From a virus (lineage: Duplodnaviria; Heunggongvirae; Uroviricota; Caudoviricetes), in IMG/VR virus record IMGVR_UViG_2671180275_000009, positions 1 through 40,622 of that record: a DNA stretch of 40,622 nt. One strand, given 5' to 3'. Within the stretch, counting starts at the first letter, position 1. The number at the start of each line of letters is the position of its first letter. A program made the position numbers and the translations under genes. Below the pieces are notes generated by a model that ran no database searches, had not been told where the DNA came from, and worked only from the letters and a program-made list of their open reading frames with translations. Shown here piece by piece: positions 1 to 9,347 of this stretch.

Positions 1-1589
1 ATGATGTTAAATGCATGGCACCTGCCGGTGCCCCCATTTGTTAAACAAAGCAAAGATCAACTGCTCATTACACTGTGGCTGACGGGCGAAGACCCACCGC
101 AGCGCATTATGCTGCGTACAGAACACGATAACGAAGAAATGTCAGTATCGATGCATAAGCAGCGCAGTCAGCAGCAGCCTGGCGTCACCGCATGGCGTGC
201 GGCGATTGATCTCTCCAGCGGACAACCCCGGCGGCGTTACAGTTTCAAACTGCTGTGGCACGATCGCCAGCGTTGGTTTACACCGCAGGGCTTCAGCCGA
301 ATGCCGCCGGCACGACTGGAGCAGTTTGCCGTCGATGTACCGGATATCGGCCCACAATGGGCTGCGGATCAGATTTTTTATCAGATCTTCCCTGATCGTT
401 TTGCGCGTAGTCTTCCTCGTGAAGCTGAACAGGATCATGTCTATTACCATCATGCAGCCGGACAAGAGATCATCTTGCGTGACTGGGATGAACCGGTCAC
501 GGCGCAGGCGGGCGGATCAACGTTCTATGGCGGCGATCTGGACGGGATAAGCGAAAAACTGCCGTATCTGAAAAAGCTTGGCGTGACGGCGCTGTATCTC
601 AATCCGGTGTTTAAAGCTCCCAGCGTACATAAATACGATACCGAGGATTATCGCCATGTCGATCCGCAGTTTGGCGGTGATGGGGCGTTGCTGCGCTTAC
701 GCCACAATACGCAGCAGCTGGGAATGCGGCTGGTGCTGGATGGCGTGTTTAACCACAGTGGCGATTCCCATGCCTGGTTTGACAGGCACAATCGTGGCAC
801 GGGGGGAGCTTGTCACAACCCTGAATCGCCCTGGCGCGACTGGTACTCGTTTAGTGATGATGGCACGGCGCTCGACTGGCTTGGCTATGCCAGCTTGCCG
901 AAGCTGGATTATCAGTCGGAAAGTCTGGTGAATGAAATTTATCGCGGGGAAGACAGTATTGTCCGCCATTGGCTGAAAGCGCCGTGGAGTATGGACGGCT
1001 GGCGGCTGGATGTGGTGCATATGCTGGGGGAGGCGGGTGGGGCGCGCAATAATATGCAGCACGTTGCTGGGATCACCGAAGCGGCGAAAGAAACCCAGCC
1101 GGAAGCGTATATTGTCGGCGAACATTTTGGCGATGCACGGCAATGGTTACAGGCCGATGTGGAAGATGCCGCCATGAACTATCGTGGCTTCACATTCCCG
1201 TTGTGGGGATTTCTTGCCAATACCGATATCTCTTACGATCCGCAGCAAATTGATGCCCAAACCTGTATGGCCTGGATGGATAATTACCGCGCAGGGCTTT
1301 CTCATCAACAACAATTACGTATGTTTAATCAGCTCGACAGCCACGATACTGCGCGATTTAAAACGCTGCTCGGTCGGGATATTGCGCGCCTGCCGCTGGC
1401 GGTGGTCTGGCTGTTCACCTGGCCTGGTGTACCGTGCATTTATTACGGTGATGAAGTAGGACTGGATGGCAAAAACGATCCGTTTTGCCGTAAACCGTTC
1501 CCCTGGCAGGTGGAAAAGCAGGATACGGCGTTATTCGCGCTGTACCAGCGAATGATTGCGCTGCGTAAGAAAAGTCAGGCGCTGCGTCG
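1..1589 (+). pseudogene. malZ: Maltodextrin glucosidase MalZ, N-terminal ~529 codons; the frame runs into prophage sequence and stops at 1602
   Basis: Translation matches my recollection of E. coli MalZ N-terminus ([32 protein letters not shown]...); native MalZ is ~604 aa, here the C-terminus is replaced by ...ALRRVTR* from the element end. Confidence 0.85.
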
Positions 1590-1780
1590 TGTAACCAGGT
1601 AAATCATTTGATACCGACAAGGGTTTTAGTGAAAGGAGGTGAAATCACCTGTAAGATACTGAAATAAAACAGGTGATCGATGATTCTGGAGGTTACTTAG
1701 TTTTGATACTGATTAAATAAAATCCGGTATAAAATTAAGGCATCGGCAACAAATTTGATACTGCACATACTGCTTATAGA
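1590..1780 (+). repeat. Prophage left end (attL-like) with three TTTGATAC-containing putative transposase-binding repeats and an 8-bp inverted repeat
   Basis: TTTGATAC at 1607-1614, 1702-1709 and 1754-1761 (spacing 95 and 52 bp, similar to Mu L1/L2/L3 layout); TCACCTGT 1643-1650 and ACAGGTGA 1669-1676. Confidence 0.5.
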
Positions 1781-1895
1781 CGTTTTAAAAAGTACTTAAA
1801 ATGTCTTTCATGCTAAAAAGTTTATATCAATGTCGATCTGGTCACAAATCAAGTTGAAAGTGCTCGCTAAGTGCATAGGACTGGGCTTCATGGGG

Positions 1896-2414
1896 TTACG
1901 CTTTGGCTTCTTTATGGGTTAGATTGAAATGATGATCCTTGGTTTCATCTCCCTCGAAAATCTCTCTAACCTTTTGATCTGATAAATTATTGAGGCTCAA
2001 TGCTGCCAGGCGTCGAATACCTGTTAAAGCGATCAGCTCTTGATTCTCTTGATTGCAGAATTCCAGCAATTTTTCTACCCCTTTCCTTCTCAAGGTGTAA
2101 ATAACTAATTCTTGCTCTTCTTGGTTCAAGGTGTCGATGAGTTCGAGCAACTCGCTATTGCCACCGTTCTTTTTAGGGGCTTGGTGTTTTATTTCTGCAC
2201 TACCTGTAATGATGGAAACTACATGTGCAGGTAAGTCGCTTAAACGGTAGGCAAATGCTCTCCCTCTGATACCGGGTGTAGTTACCGAACGTTTTTCCCA
2301 TCCTTCATTTTTTGCTCGTTTATGAAGCCCAGCCAGAGATGAAGGAAGACCTCCAACCCCCAACAAGTCACTGGCAAGGATCCATTCTTGGTCAAGGATC
2401 ATATCAAACTCCAT
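1896..2414 (-). CDS. c: Mu repressor c-like protein
   Basis: Minus-strand ORF divergent from ner; N-terminal LPSSLAGLHKRAKNEGW motif shared with the N-terminus of the transposase at 2859, as in Mu Repc and MuA. Confidence 0.7.
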   Translation of the reverse strand: MEFDMILDQEWILASDLLGVGGLPSSLAGLHKRAKNEGWEKRSVTTPGIRGRAFAYRLSDLPAHVVSIITGSAEIKHQAPKKNGGNSELLELIDTLNQEEQELVIYTLRRKGVEKLLEFCNQENQELIALTGIRRLAALSLNNLSDQKVREIFEGDETKDHHFNLTHKEAKA

Positions 2415-2632
2415 TTGATATTAACTTTTGTTCATATCTCTTCTGTGGTTTATTTCAAAAATAATCTAATATAAAACAAATAGATATCGAGTAAATCTAA
2501 GGAATTTGAAATTAACCGGTTGATATTTACTTAGTTAATATCTAATATATCAAACATACACTAGTGAGTAACTCAATAGAGTAGCACACATGAGTAATAA
2601 AGTTTGCCATAGAAAGTACACAGGGGGCCATT
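2415..2632. promoter_or_regulatory. c/ner divergent operator-promoter region (candidate operators and transposition enhancer)
   Basis: 218-bp AT-rich intergenic region between divergent c and ner; palindrome AACCGGTT at 2514-2521; repeated ATATCTAATAT-like motifs. Confidence 0.4.
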
Positions 2633-2878
2633 GTGAGTCTTATTGAAGATTGGTCTTCCGCCGATATAAAGGCAGCCTTAGAAAAACGCGATACCAATTT
2701 GTCACGTTTATCAAGGGAAAATAATTTGCAGCCTAGGACTTTGGGTAATGCTTTGCGAGTTCCCTACCCTAAAGGTGAAAAGATTATTGCTAGGGCTATA
2801 GGTGTAGAGCCGCAAGTTATTTGGCCTACTAGATATGAACGACGTGCGCGGAGGAAATATGTGGGTTGCAATGACTGA
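2633..2878 (+). CDS. ner: Ner-like DNA-binding protein (GTG start)
   Basis: 81-aa ORF with ...GEKIIARAIGVEPQVIWPTRY, resembling the Mu Ner C-terminus (...IIANALETKPEVIWPSRY). Confidence 0.8.
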   Translation: MSLIEDWSSADIKAALEKRDTNLSRLSRENNLQPRTLGNALRVPYPKGEKIIARAIGVEPQVIWPTRYERRARRKYVGCND

Positions 2879-4943
2879 ATTGATTTCATTCAGTGACCTA
2901 CCTAGTTCTTTGGCAGGTCTGCACAAAAAAGCAAAGAGGGAGGCGTGGAAAACGCGGCTAAAACCAGGGGTAAAAGGGAAAGTTTTAGAGTGTGAAATAG
3001 GTGCTTTGCCTTTAACTGTTCAGCAGGCAGTACGTGAACGCTACGCCCTGCAACTGATGACGCAAAAAGCCGATGAATCACCGGCTCCGGTGGTGACAAA
3101 GGCCAGACGCTCACCTGCCGTGGTTGATGCGGTGGAGGCATATCGCGGATCACCACAACTGATGGTCGAACGCCTCAATGCCCTGACTGAAAACCAGCGC
3201 CAGGTGGCTGATGCACGAATCGCGATCGTCAGCGAAGTTCTGAAAGTCGCGCAACAACCTGGTTTCAGCTGTGCGAAGGCTATCCGGTTTATCGTTGACA
3301 ACCTGGCACGTTCGCAGCTGGACGAGCGCATTGTGGCAATGGTTGAGACGGCGAACGCCAAAAAGGGAAACAGCCGCGCGTTAAGTGAAATCACGCTGAA
3401 ACGCTGGATTGCGGCCTTTAACAAGGCGCAGAACGCCGCTGAACGCCTGCTTTTACTGGCACCGGGTAAGCGCCAGGAAATAAAAGCCGAAGATATTAAC
3501 TGGCTGCCCGAATTTCTGGCGCAGTATCGCCAGTCAAACGGCCGACCAATGACCGAGGCTTACGAGGATTTTGTCGCTGAATGGCAGCACCGGCACGCTG
3601 ATGAGCCTTATATGCTCGATATCATGCCGTCTTATGACACCATTCGCCGCGCAATGAAGAAACTGCCGGAAGTGGTGAAACAAAAAGGCCGGGTGACCGG
3701 CAGTGAATACCGTCAGCTTGAGGGATTCACGCGCCGCGACTGGTCCAGAATGCCGGTGAATTATGTCTGGATTGGTGACGGTCACGGCATGAAGCTGAAA
3801 TGCAAACACCCGGTTCACGGACGGCCATTTGCACCGGAAGTGACCTTTATTATCGACGGTGGCACACGCTTTGTGGTGGGCTGGAGCATGGACCTGGCTG
3901 AAAATGTTTTCGCCGTAGCCGGTGCCATACAGCACGGCATTCGTCATCACGGCAAACCGTTTCTGTATTACTCGGATAACGGTTCGGGGGAAACCGCCGA
4001 CATCCTGGATAAGGAGGTTGTGGGGATCCTGCCGCGCCTGGGGATTAATCACCCGACAGGGATTGCCGGTAATCCGCAGGGGCGAGGCATTATCGAACGG
4101 CTTAACCGCACATTACCAATGCGCATAGCCCGTAAATACCGCACCTATTTCGGGAAAGGTGCAGATCGCGAAACGTTACGCAAAACCAACCGCGATTTAC
4201 GCTCGGCATTCACTGCCCTGCAACAGGACAAACGGCTGAACGCCCGGCAGCAGTCAGCGATGCGTGATTTACCGTCCTGGCCTGAACTGATTGATGCCAT
4301 CCGTGATGGTGTCGAGTGGTACAACAACCGGCCGCACAGCGGATTGCCGGTGAAACCGAACGGTAAACATTACAGCCCGGCGGAATACAGGAAAAAACGC
4401 CTGGCAGAAGAGGACACGGAAATTGAATGGCTGTCCGATGTTGAGCTGCGGGATATGTTCCGGCCAATGGTGGAACGCCCTGTAAGACGCTGTGAAATAC
4501 GCTGGCTGAATAATATTTACTACGCGCCCGAGCTGCGTGATGAGCATGGCCGCAAGGTGCTTATCAGCTATGACATTCATGATGCCGAACGAATTACCGT
4601 ACGTCGCCTGGATGGCAGCGTGATTTGCGAGGCGGTATGGGACGGTAATAAACGCGAAGCCTTCCCGGTTAGCGCGGAATACTACAAACAGCAGCAACGC
4701 CTTAAAGGCATGCGTAAACGCGCAGAGGAAAAAATCCGTGATGCCGAGGATGAGGTTGTCAACGTGCTGGAGCACAAGCCGCAGGAGCCCTGGCTGGAAA
4801 ACATATACCGCCCTGTGGGTAATACGGTGACCGTTCAGCAACCGGTCGCTGACGATGAACCTGATGAAGAATGCGAGCGTAATTTCCAGCGGGGATTGCA
4901 GCTGCTTGAAGCGAAATTAAAAGAAAATGACCCGCTGGCCTGA
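2859..4943 (+). CDS. A: Mu A-type DDE transposase
   Basis: ~694-aa ORF; N-terminal repressor-like DNA-binding motif (LPSSLAGLHKKAKREAWKTR); position after ner; start 2859 or 2868 uncertain. Confidence 0.9.
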   Translation: MWVAMTELISFSDLPSSLAGLHKKAKREAWKTRLKPGVKGKVLECEIGALPLTVQQAVRERYALQLMTQKADESPAPVVTKARRSPAVVDAVEAYRGSPQLMVERLNALTENQRQVADARIAIVSEVLKVAQQPGFSCAKAIRFIVDNLARSQLDERIVAMVETANAKKGNSRALSEITLKRWIAAFNKAQNAAERLLLLAPGKRQEIKAEDINWLPEFLAQYRQSNGRPMTEAYEDFVAEWQHRHADEPYMLDIMPSYDTIRRAMKKLPEVVKQKGRVTGSEYRQLEGFTRRDWSRMPVNYVWIGDGHGMKLKCKHPVHGRPFAPEVTFIIDGGTRFVVGWSMDLAENVFAVAGAIQHGIRHHGKPFLYYSDNGSGETADILDKEVVGILPRLGINHPTGIAGNPQGRGIIERLNRTLPMRIARKYRTYFGKGADRETLRKTNRDLRSAFTALQQDKRLNARQQSAMRDLPSWPELIDAIRDGVEWYNNRPHSGLPVKPNGKHYSPAEYRKKRLAEEDTEIEWLSDVELRDMFRPMVERPVRRCEIRWLNNIYYAPELRDEHGRKVLISYDIHDAERITVRRLDGSVICEAVWDGNKREAFPVSAEYYKQQQRLKGMRKRAEEKIRDAEDEVVNVLEHKPQEPWLENIYRPVGNTVTVQQPVADDEPDEECERNFQRGLQLLEAKLKENDPLA

Positions 4944-5019
4944 AATAAAAAAATAACCCGAGCGGCGACTCAGGTTATTTGATTAAACAAAGGTATCTAT
5001 ATAAACGCGAGGTAATAAT

Positions 5020-5952
5020 ATGACCGATATTAACGATGTAATCAAGACCATTGATGAGCTTATTGATGGCGGCGTACTGACGCAGTATGCCATCGCCAGA
5101 GAGGCGGGAATTTCCGACGGCACATTATCGGCTTTCCGCAAGGGAAAATATAAAGGCGATAACGCTGCTGTGGCTGCTTCCCTGCGCTCCTGGTATGAGA
5201 ACTGGAATAAACAAAGCGCACTGCCCGAGCCGCCGCAGTTTGTGGAAACGCAGACAGTCCAGGAGCTGCGCGCGCTGTTTCAGGCGGTCCGCCTGATGGG
5301 CTGTATTAACGTCATAGTGGGCGTGCCCGGGGTGGGTAAAACGGCCACGGCTCGTAATTACTGTCAGGAACAACCGAACACCTGGATGATCACCCTGTCG
5401 CCCGCGCATTCCAGCGTCACGGAGTGTCTGCTGGAGCTGGCAGAGGAACTGGGGATTGATTACACCCGCGCGAACAAGGGGGCGTTATCCCGCGCCATCC
5501 GCCGTCGCCTGATGGGAACGCGTGGACTGGTGATTGTTGATGAGGCGGATCACCTTGGTATTGACGGTCTGGAACAACTGCGTGCAATCCAGGACGCCAC
5601 GGGGATCGGGATGGTGCTTATTGGTAACCCACGCGGACTGTTTAAGGGTGGACGCCGCGCCGTTGATGATTTATCGCGCCTGTTCAGTCGTCTTGCCCGT
5701 ACAAAACAACTTCGCAAGGCCAAAAAGGCGGATGTGCTGGCCATTGCCAGGGCATGGGGGATTAGTGGTGAGGCCGAGCTGGCTGTCATGCAGGCTATCG
5801 CTGAAAAGCCGGGAGCCTTACGCGTTCTGACACATACGCTTAACCAGGCGTGGATCACCGCCAGCGGTGAAGGCGCGGCGCTGACAGAAAAACATATTAA
5901 TGCGGCCTTTAAAGAGGTTTATACCAACCCTGAATTACTCTCACAGGTGTGA
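5020..5952 (+). CDS. B: Mu B-type transposition ATPase
   Basis: 310-aa ORF with N-terminal HTH-like region and Walker A GVPGVGKT; immediately downstream of A. Confidence 0.85.
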   Translation: MTDINDVIKTIDELIDGGVLTQYAIAREAGISDGTLSAFRKGKYKGDNAAVAASLRSWYENWNKQSALPEPPQFVETQTVQELRALFQAVRLMGCINVIVGVPGVGKTATARNYCQEQPNTWMITLSPAHSSVTECLLELAEELGIDYTRANKGALSRAIRRRLMGTRGLVIVDEADHLGIDGLEQLRAIQDATGIGMVLIGNPRGLFKGGRRAVDDLSRLFSRLARTKQLRKAKKADVLAIARAWGISGEAELAVMQAIAEKPGALRVLTHTLNQAWITASGEGAALTEKHINAAFKEVYTNPELLSQV

Positions 5953-6176
5953 TTATGGCTGCATTTAATATTCCTGATATTTACGGACGCTTTTACCTGG
6001 TGAATTTCGATAACGTGAAAGTGATTTCACTGGCCGAAAATAAAGAATGTGGTGATTTACTTTTTGAATTTAATGACCGCACACGAATGGTGATATCTGC
6101 CGGACTTGATCGCGAAGGTGCGACAGACGTTTACAGCGGAATATGCCGTTCTGTTGGTGCAAAACAAGTCAGCTAA
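5949..6176 (+). CDS. Hypothetical early protein (75 aa)
   Basis: ORF overlapping B stop (ATGA-type coupling); no recognisable motif. Confidence 0.45.
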   Translation: MIMAAFNIPDIYGRFYLVNFDNVKVISLAENKECGDLLFEFNDRTRMVISAGLDREGATDVYSGICRSVGAKQVS

Positions 6177-6188
6177 ATGAGGTGTTAT

Positions 6189-6443
6189 ATGAATATGCAA
6201 TCCTGCGGTAACAAAATGAATTTATTCGACTCCCTGAACAGCGCGCGTCGTCTGACCGAACTTGCCGGTGCGGTACTGGAGCGCAGCAAACGCTACCCAC
6301 AACGTTATGCCCTGAAAACCACGCCGCCGGTAAACGAAGTTAAGGGAACCGGTGAAATTGAAATCACTGTTCAGACCAATGGCCTGCGCCGCCGTGTAAA
6401 AGCCACCCGCATAAGCGGCTGCACGGTTTACTGGGAAGTATGA
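6189..6443 (+). CDS. Hypothetical early protein
   Basis: ORF with GAGGTG Shine-Dalgarno before ATG 6189 (track start 6177). Confidence 0.45.
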   Translation: MNMQSCGNKMNLFDSLNSARRLTELAGAVLERSKRYPQRYALKTTPPVNEVKGTGEIEITVQTNGLRRRVKATRISGCTVYWEV

Positions 6444-6790
6444 AGTTGCTTCATGGTTCGACTCTGTCATCAGGTCAGACGCCGGGGCAGTTATCCAAAC
6501 AGAACGAGGACCAGAGGGTGAGTAAAGTCGTACGCATTATTTTCGAATACAAGGAGCACGTTATCCATAAAAACGCGGATGGAACAGTGCGCATGGGGGT
6601 AAGTCTGGACATACGTTCAACCGGGATAAAGCAGAAAGGTGATGGACCTGCCATGATTTTTGGGGTGGTTATGCTCGCGGAAAGCAGAGACTTTGCTGAA
6701 CTTGTGGCAATGAAAGCCAGTGCGCTCATGAAAGATATGAACATGAGTTCCGGGGTTATTAAAGGTAATGAATTTAATCAGCAGGGGTAA
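6440..6790 (+). CDS. Hypothetical early protein, paralogue 1 of a tandem pair (alternative GTG start at 6518)
   Basis: Contains SKVVRIIFEYKEHVIHKNADG, similar to the start of the next ORF; GAGGA RBS 7 nt before GTG 6518. Confidence 0.5.
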   Translation: MKLLHGSTLSSGQTPGQLSKQNEDQRVSKVVRIIFEYKEHVIHKNADGTVRMGVSLDIRSTGIKQKGDGPAMIFGVVMLAESRDFAELVAMKASALMKDMNMSSGVIKGNEFNQQG

Positions 6791-6794
6791 TTCC

Positions 6795-7088
6795 ATGAGC
6801 AAAGTACGCGTTATTTTTGAATTTGAGCATGTTTCGCATGACGAAAAATCGGCAGGCAATGACAGTGTTGAAGTGCATGAAAAGATTGGAGTAGATGTGA
6901 AAACAGAACGTGATACGGATAACAGGCCGACGTCACTCTGTGACGTTTATGCAAGCATTCTCCAGTATCACAGTCCTGTAATTATTCAGTTTCTCTCAGC
7001 GGAATTTCAGGCATCTGTACAGGCTTTTGGGGCGGATGCCATCATTAAACGCCACCGTGTGCATAAAGCATCAGGCACACTGCAATAA
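6795..7088 (+). CDS. Hypothetical early protein, paralogue 2 of a tandem pair
   Basis: Starts MSKVRVIFEFEHVSHDEKSAGND, paralogous to the preceding ORF; RBS before ATG 6795. Confidence 0.55.
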   Translation: MSKVRVIFEFEHVSHDEKSAGNDSVEVHEKIGVDVKTERDTDNRPTSLCDVYASILQYHSPVIIQFLSAEFQASVQAFGADAIIKRHRVHKASGTLQ

Positions 7089-7098
7089 GGAAAACAAA

Positions 7099-7629
7099 AT
7101 GGTTAAACGTGTTACAAAATTAAAGGCCGCAGCCGAGGCTGCACCGCAGACCCGCGAAGAAGTCAGCCGCGATATCCGAACCCTGGGCGATATTCAGCGA
7201 GAGGCGCTGCGCCTGGAAACGGCAATGAATGATGAAGTGGCAGAAATCACCGCCCGTTATACGCCGCAGATTGAAAACCTTAAAAAAGAAATCAAAGTGC
7301 TTTTTAAAGGGATTCATGACTGGTGTAAAACCAACCGCAATGAGCTGACGAACGGCGGCGAAACCAAAACTGCCAATCTGACCACCGGAACGGTGTCATG
7401 GCGGCTGGGAAATCCATCATGCAGCGTCAGTCGTGATGTGGAGGGTGTGATTGAAATGCTGCGTCGTATGGGGCTTGAGCGCTTCATCCGCACGAAAGAG
7501 GAAGTGAATAAGCAAGCTGTCCTGGCAGAGCCGGATGCGGTGAAAGGGATTGCTGGTATTAAGGTGAATAAAGGCGCTGAAAGTTTTCATGTCGAGCCTT
7601 TTGAACAGGACGCCGGACTGAATAAATAA
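7099..7629 (+). CDS. gam: Gam-like host-nuclease inhibitor (Ku-like DNA end-binding protein)
   Basis: Strong similarity to my recollection of Mu Gam (..LGDIQREALRLETAMNDEVAEIT..NRNELTNGGETKTANLTTGTVSWR..LERFIRTKEEVNKQA..); AAGGA RBS before ATG 7099. Confidence 0.85.
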   Translation: MVKRVTKLKAAAEAAPQTREEVSRDIRTLGDIQREALRLETAMNDEVAEITARYTPQIENLKKEIKVLFKGIHDWCKTNRNELTNGGETKTANLTTGTVSWRLGNPSCSVSRDVEGVIEMLRRMGLERFIRTKEEVNKQAVLAEPDAVKGIAGIKVNKGAESFHVEPFEQDAGLNK

Positions 7630-7713
7630 CACCGCATTAAATCTTTAAATATCACATCGTTTTAATTATGGCGCTCGCGTCAGGGGACTGCTCGCGCCTG
7701 AATGAGGCATGTC

Positions 7714-8292
7714 ATGAGTATTAAATATCGTTATTTTAAAATGAATGAGAGCGATTCCCGTCATTATCACAGGGAATGGCTTGATTGTGTTGGCAGGGAG
7801 CGCCAGAAATTGATTGATGATTTTCTCAGTAATCAGAATGCCAGAGGGTATTGTTGTTCCTGGTATTGTGGGGATTTTTTTGTCAAATCAATACTGGTGC
7901 ATGAGGATGTTGATGTCGGAAGAAATAAACGGGTGTTGTCTGATAAATTTGATGAAGATGGCCGTACTTTATTTTCAGTTAAGCCCGACCGCAGATTCAG
8001 AGAGGGAAAAAAACTGAACAAAGCACTGAATATCTTAAACGAGAAGTTAAAACAGCTTCCGTCATTCAGTACCTGGATGGTTAATAAACTGGACTGCTAT
8101 TTTGAGGTTTTTGGTGTCAGCAACGGCCGCACAGTTATGGCGTGCTCTTCTGCCGGGTTCTATGGCGACAAAGGGGCTGTTGTGGTTCGTATTCCTGTCG
8201 GTGAATCAGATAATGCCTTTTCACCTGAAAAGCTGCATCCGTCATTGATGGCAATCAAGCATTCCGAATTCATCGCAATAACGGAGGAATAA
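7714..8292 (+). CDS. Hypothetical protein encoded in an AT-rich segment (candidate moron)
   Basis: ORF with visibly lower GC than flanking phage genes; no recognisable family. Confidence 0.5.
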   Translation: MSIKYRYFKMNESDSRHYHREWLDCVGRERQKLIDDFLSNQNARGYCCSWYCGDFFVKSILVHEDVDVGRNKRVLSDKFDEDGRTLFSVKPDRRFREGKKLNKALNILNEKLKQLPSFSTWMVNKLDCYFEVFGVSNGRTVMACSSAGFYGDKGAVVVRIPVGESDNAFSPEKLHPSLMAIKHSEFIAITEE

Positions 8293-8295
8293 TTC

Positions 8296-8829
8296 ATGAT
8301 TGATGCAAAAGTGCTTGAAGGGGTTAAAAGCTGGCTGCGTTTTTCTGGCCGTCTGACCAGTCGTTCTCTGGCAGAAAAAATGAATATGCCGCTATCCTCC
8401 ATGGTTTATTTTCTGCGTGATGCGGTCGATGCCGGTGTGCTGACGGACCGTAACGGTTTTTATGATATTCCGCGTCCCCGCCCGGTGCAGCCGGTTCGTC
8501 GCAAATGCAGCCAGGAGTCTGCGGCTGATGATGTTCAGTGGTGCAGCTTCAGAAAATCCCTGCCGTGGATTGAAGGGCATGATATTCCGTCGATGGCGTG
8601 GGAATTTGCTCAGGGCGTTCTGACCTGTGAAACCGTTTATGTGGTGGCTGAAGTTGATGAGCAGGCCATGAAAGAAGGCGTGCCCCAGTTTGTGATGGCG
8701 TATATCGACATTCGCCTGGGTGTCATTATCTGCGGTTTAAGCGGCTGGAATATCACCGCGCGTGTTCTGCGTTACCTGATTGTTGACCGGACGGCCGCGC
8801 CTGCCGGGATATCTGCGGAGGTGGCGTAA
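8296..8829 (+). CDS. Hypothetical protein, possible N-terminal winged-helix
   Basis: 177-aa ORF tightly packed after the previous gene. Confidence 0.5.
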   Translation: MIDAKVLEGVKSWLRFSGRLTSRSLAEKMNMPLSSMVYFLRDAVDAGVLTDRNGFYDIPRPRPVQPVRRKCSQESAADDVQWCSFRKSLPWIEGHDIPSMAWEFAQGVLTCETVYVVAEVDEQAMKEGVPQFVMAYIDIRLGVIICGLSGWNITARVLRYLIVDRTAAPAGISAEVA

Positions 8830-9344
8830 TGTTCTTTAAAACATCAAACCCTGCCGCGCTGGCTGCGTGGCAAAAATACCAGCAGGACTACAAGAAAGTT
8901 AAGGATGAGGCAAAACGTCTTGAGGCCGTGCTGAATGTTGCGTGCCGGTCGGTATTTGTATCCGGTATCAATGGTTTTTATTTTAAGGGACTGCGTTTTA
9001 CGGATGACAAATATCCTTTTCATCGAGACTTATGGCGAAAACCGACTGCGTCGAATGGCTGGAGCTGCACGCCGCGCACATCGTGTATTCCCAAAGCCCT
9101 GCGCTCTGCCTCTGACGAACTTAACAGTCTGTGGCGTGAATATTCGCCCGTCACGTATGCCAGAACCGATGCGCTGTTGTTCTGGCTGGGCATTGACTTC
9201 TCAGCAATATTGCATGGTCCCGTGAAGTGGTTCTGCGTTGACGATGTGATTTACCTTGAGTGTGGCGTAAAACCCGCAAAACAGAAAATGACCGAAATTC
9301 TGTCTGATGAGTTTTATGCTGCTGAAAAGCGAGTCAGGGGGTGA
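8829..9344 (+). CDS. Hypothetical early protein
   Basis: 171-aa ORF, start overlaps previous stop. Confidence 0.5.
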   Translation: MFFKTSNPAALAAWQKYQQDYKKVKDEAKRLEAVLNVACRSVFVSGINGFYFKGLRFTDDKYPFHRDLWRKPTASNGWSCTPRTSCIPKALRSASDELNSLWREYSPVTYARTDALLFWLGIDFSAILHGPVKWFCVDDVIYLECGVKPAKQKMTEILSDEFYAAEKRVRG

Positions 9345-9347
9345 TGC

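Noticed and set aside
142-1175. Several ORFs of 78-148 aa on the minus strand and in alternative plus frames inside malZ (142..465, 197..550, 656..931, 697..1143, 939..1175)
   Set aside because: They overlap the well-supported malZ frame and have no independent support; typical shadow ORFs of a GC-rich coding region.
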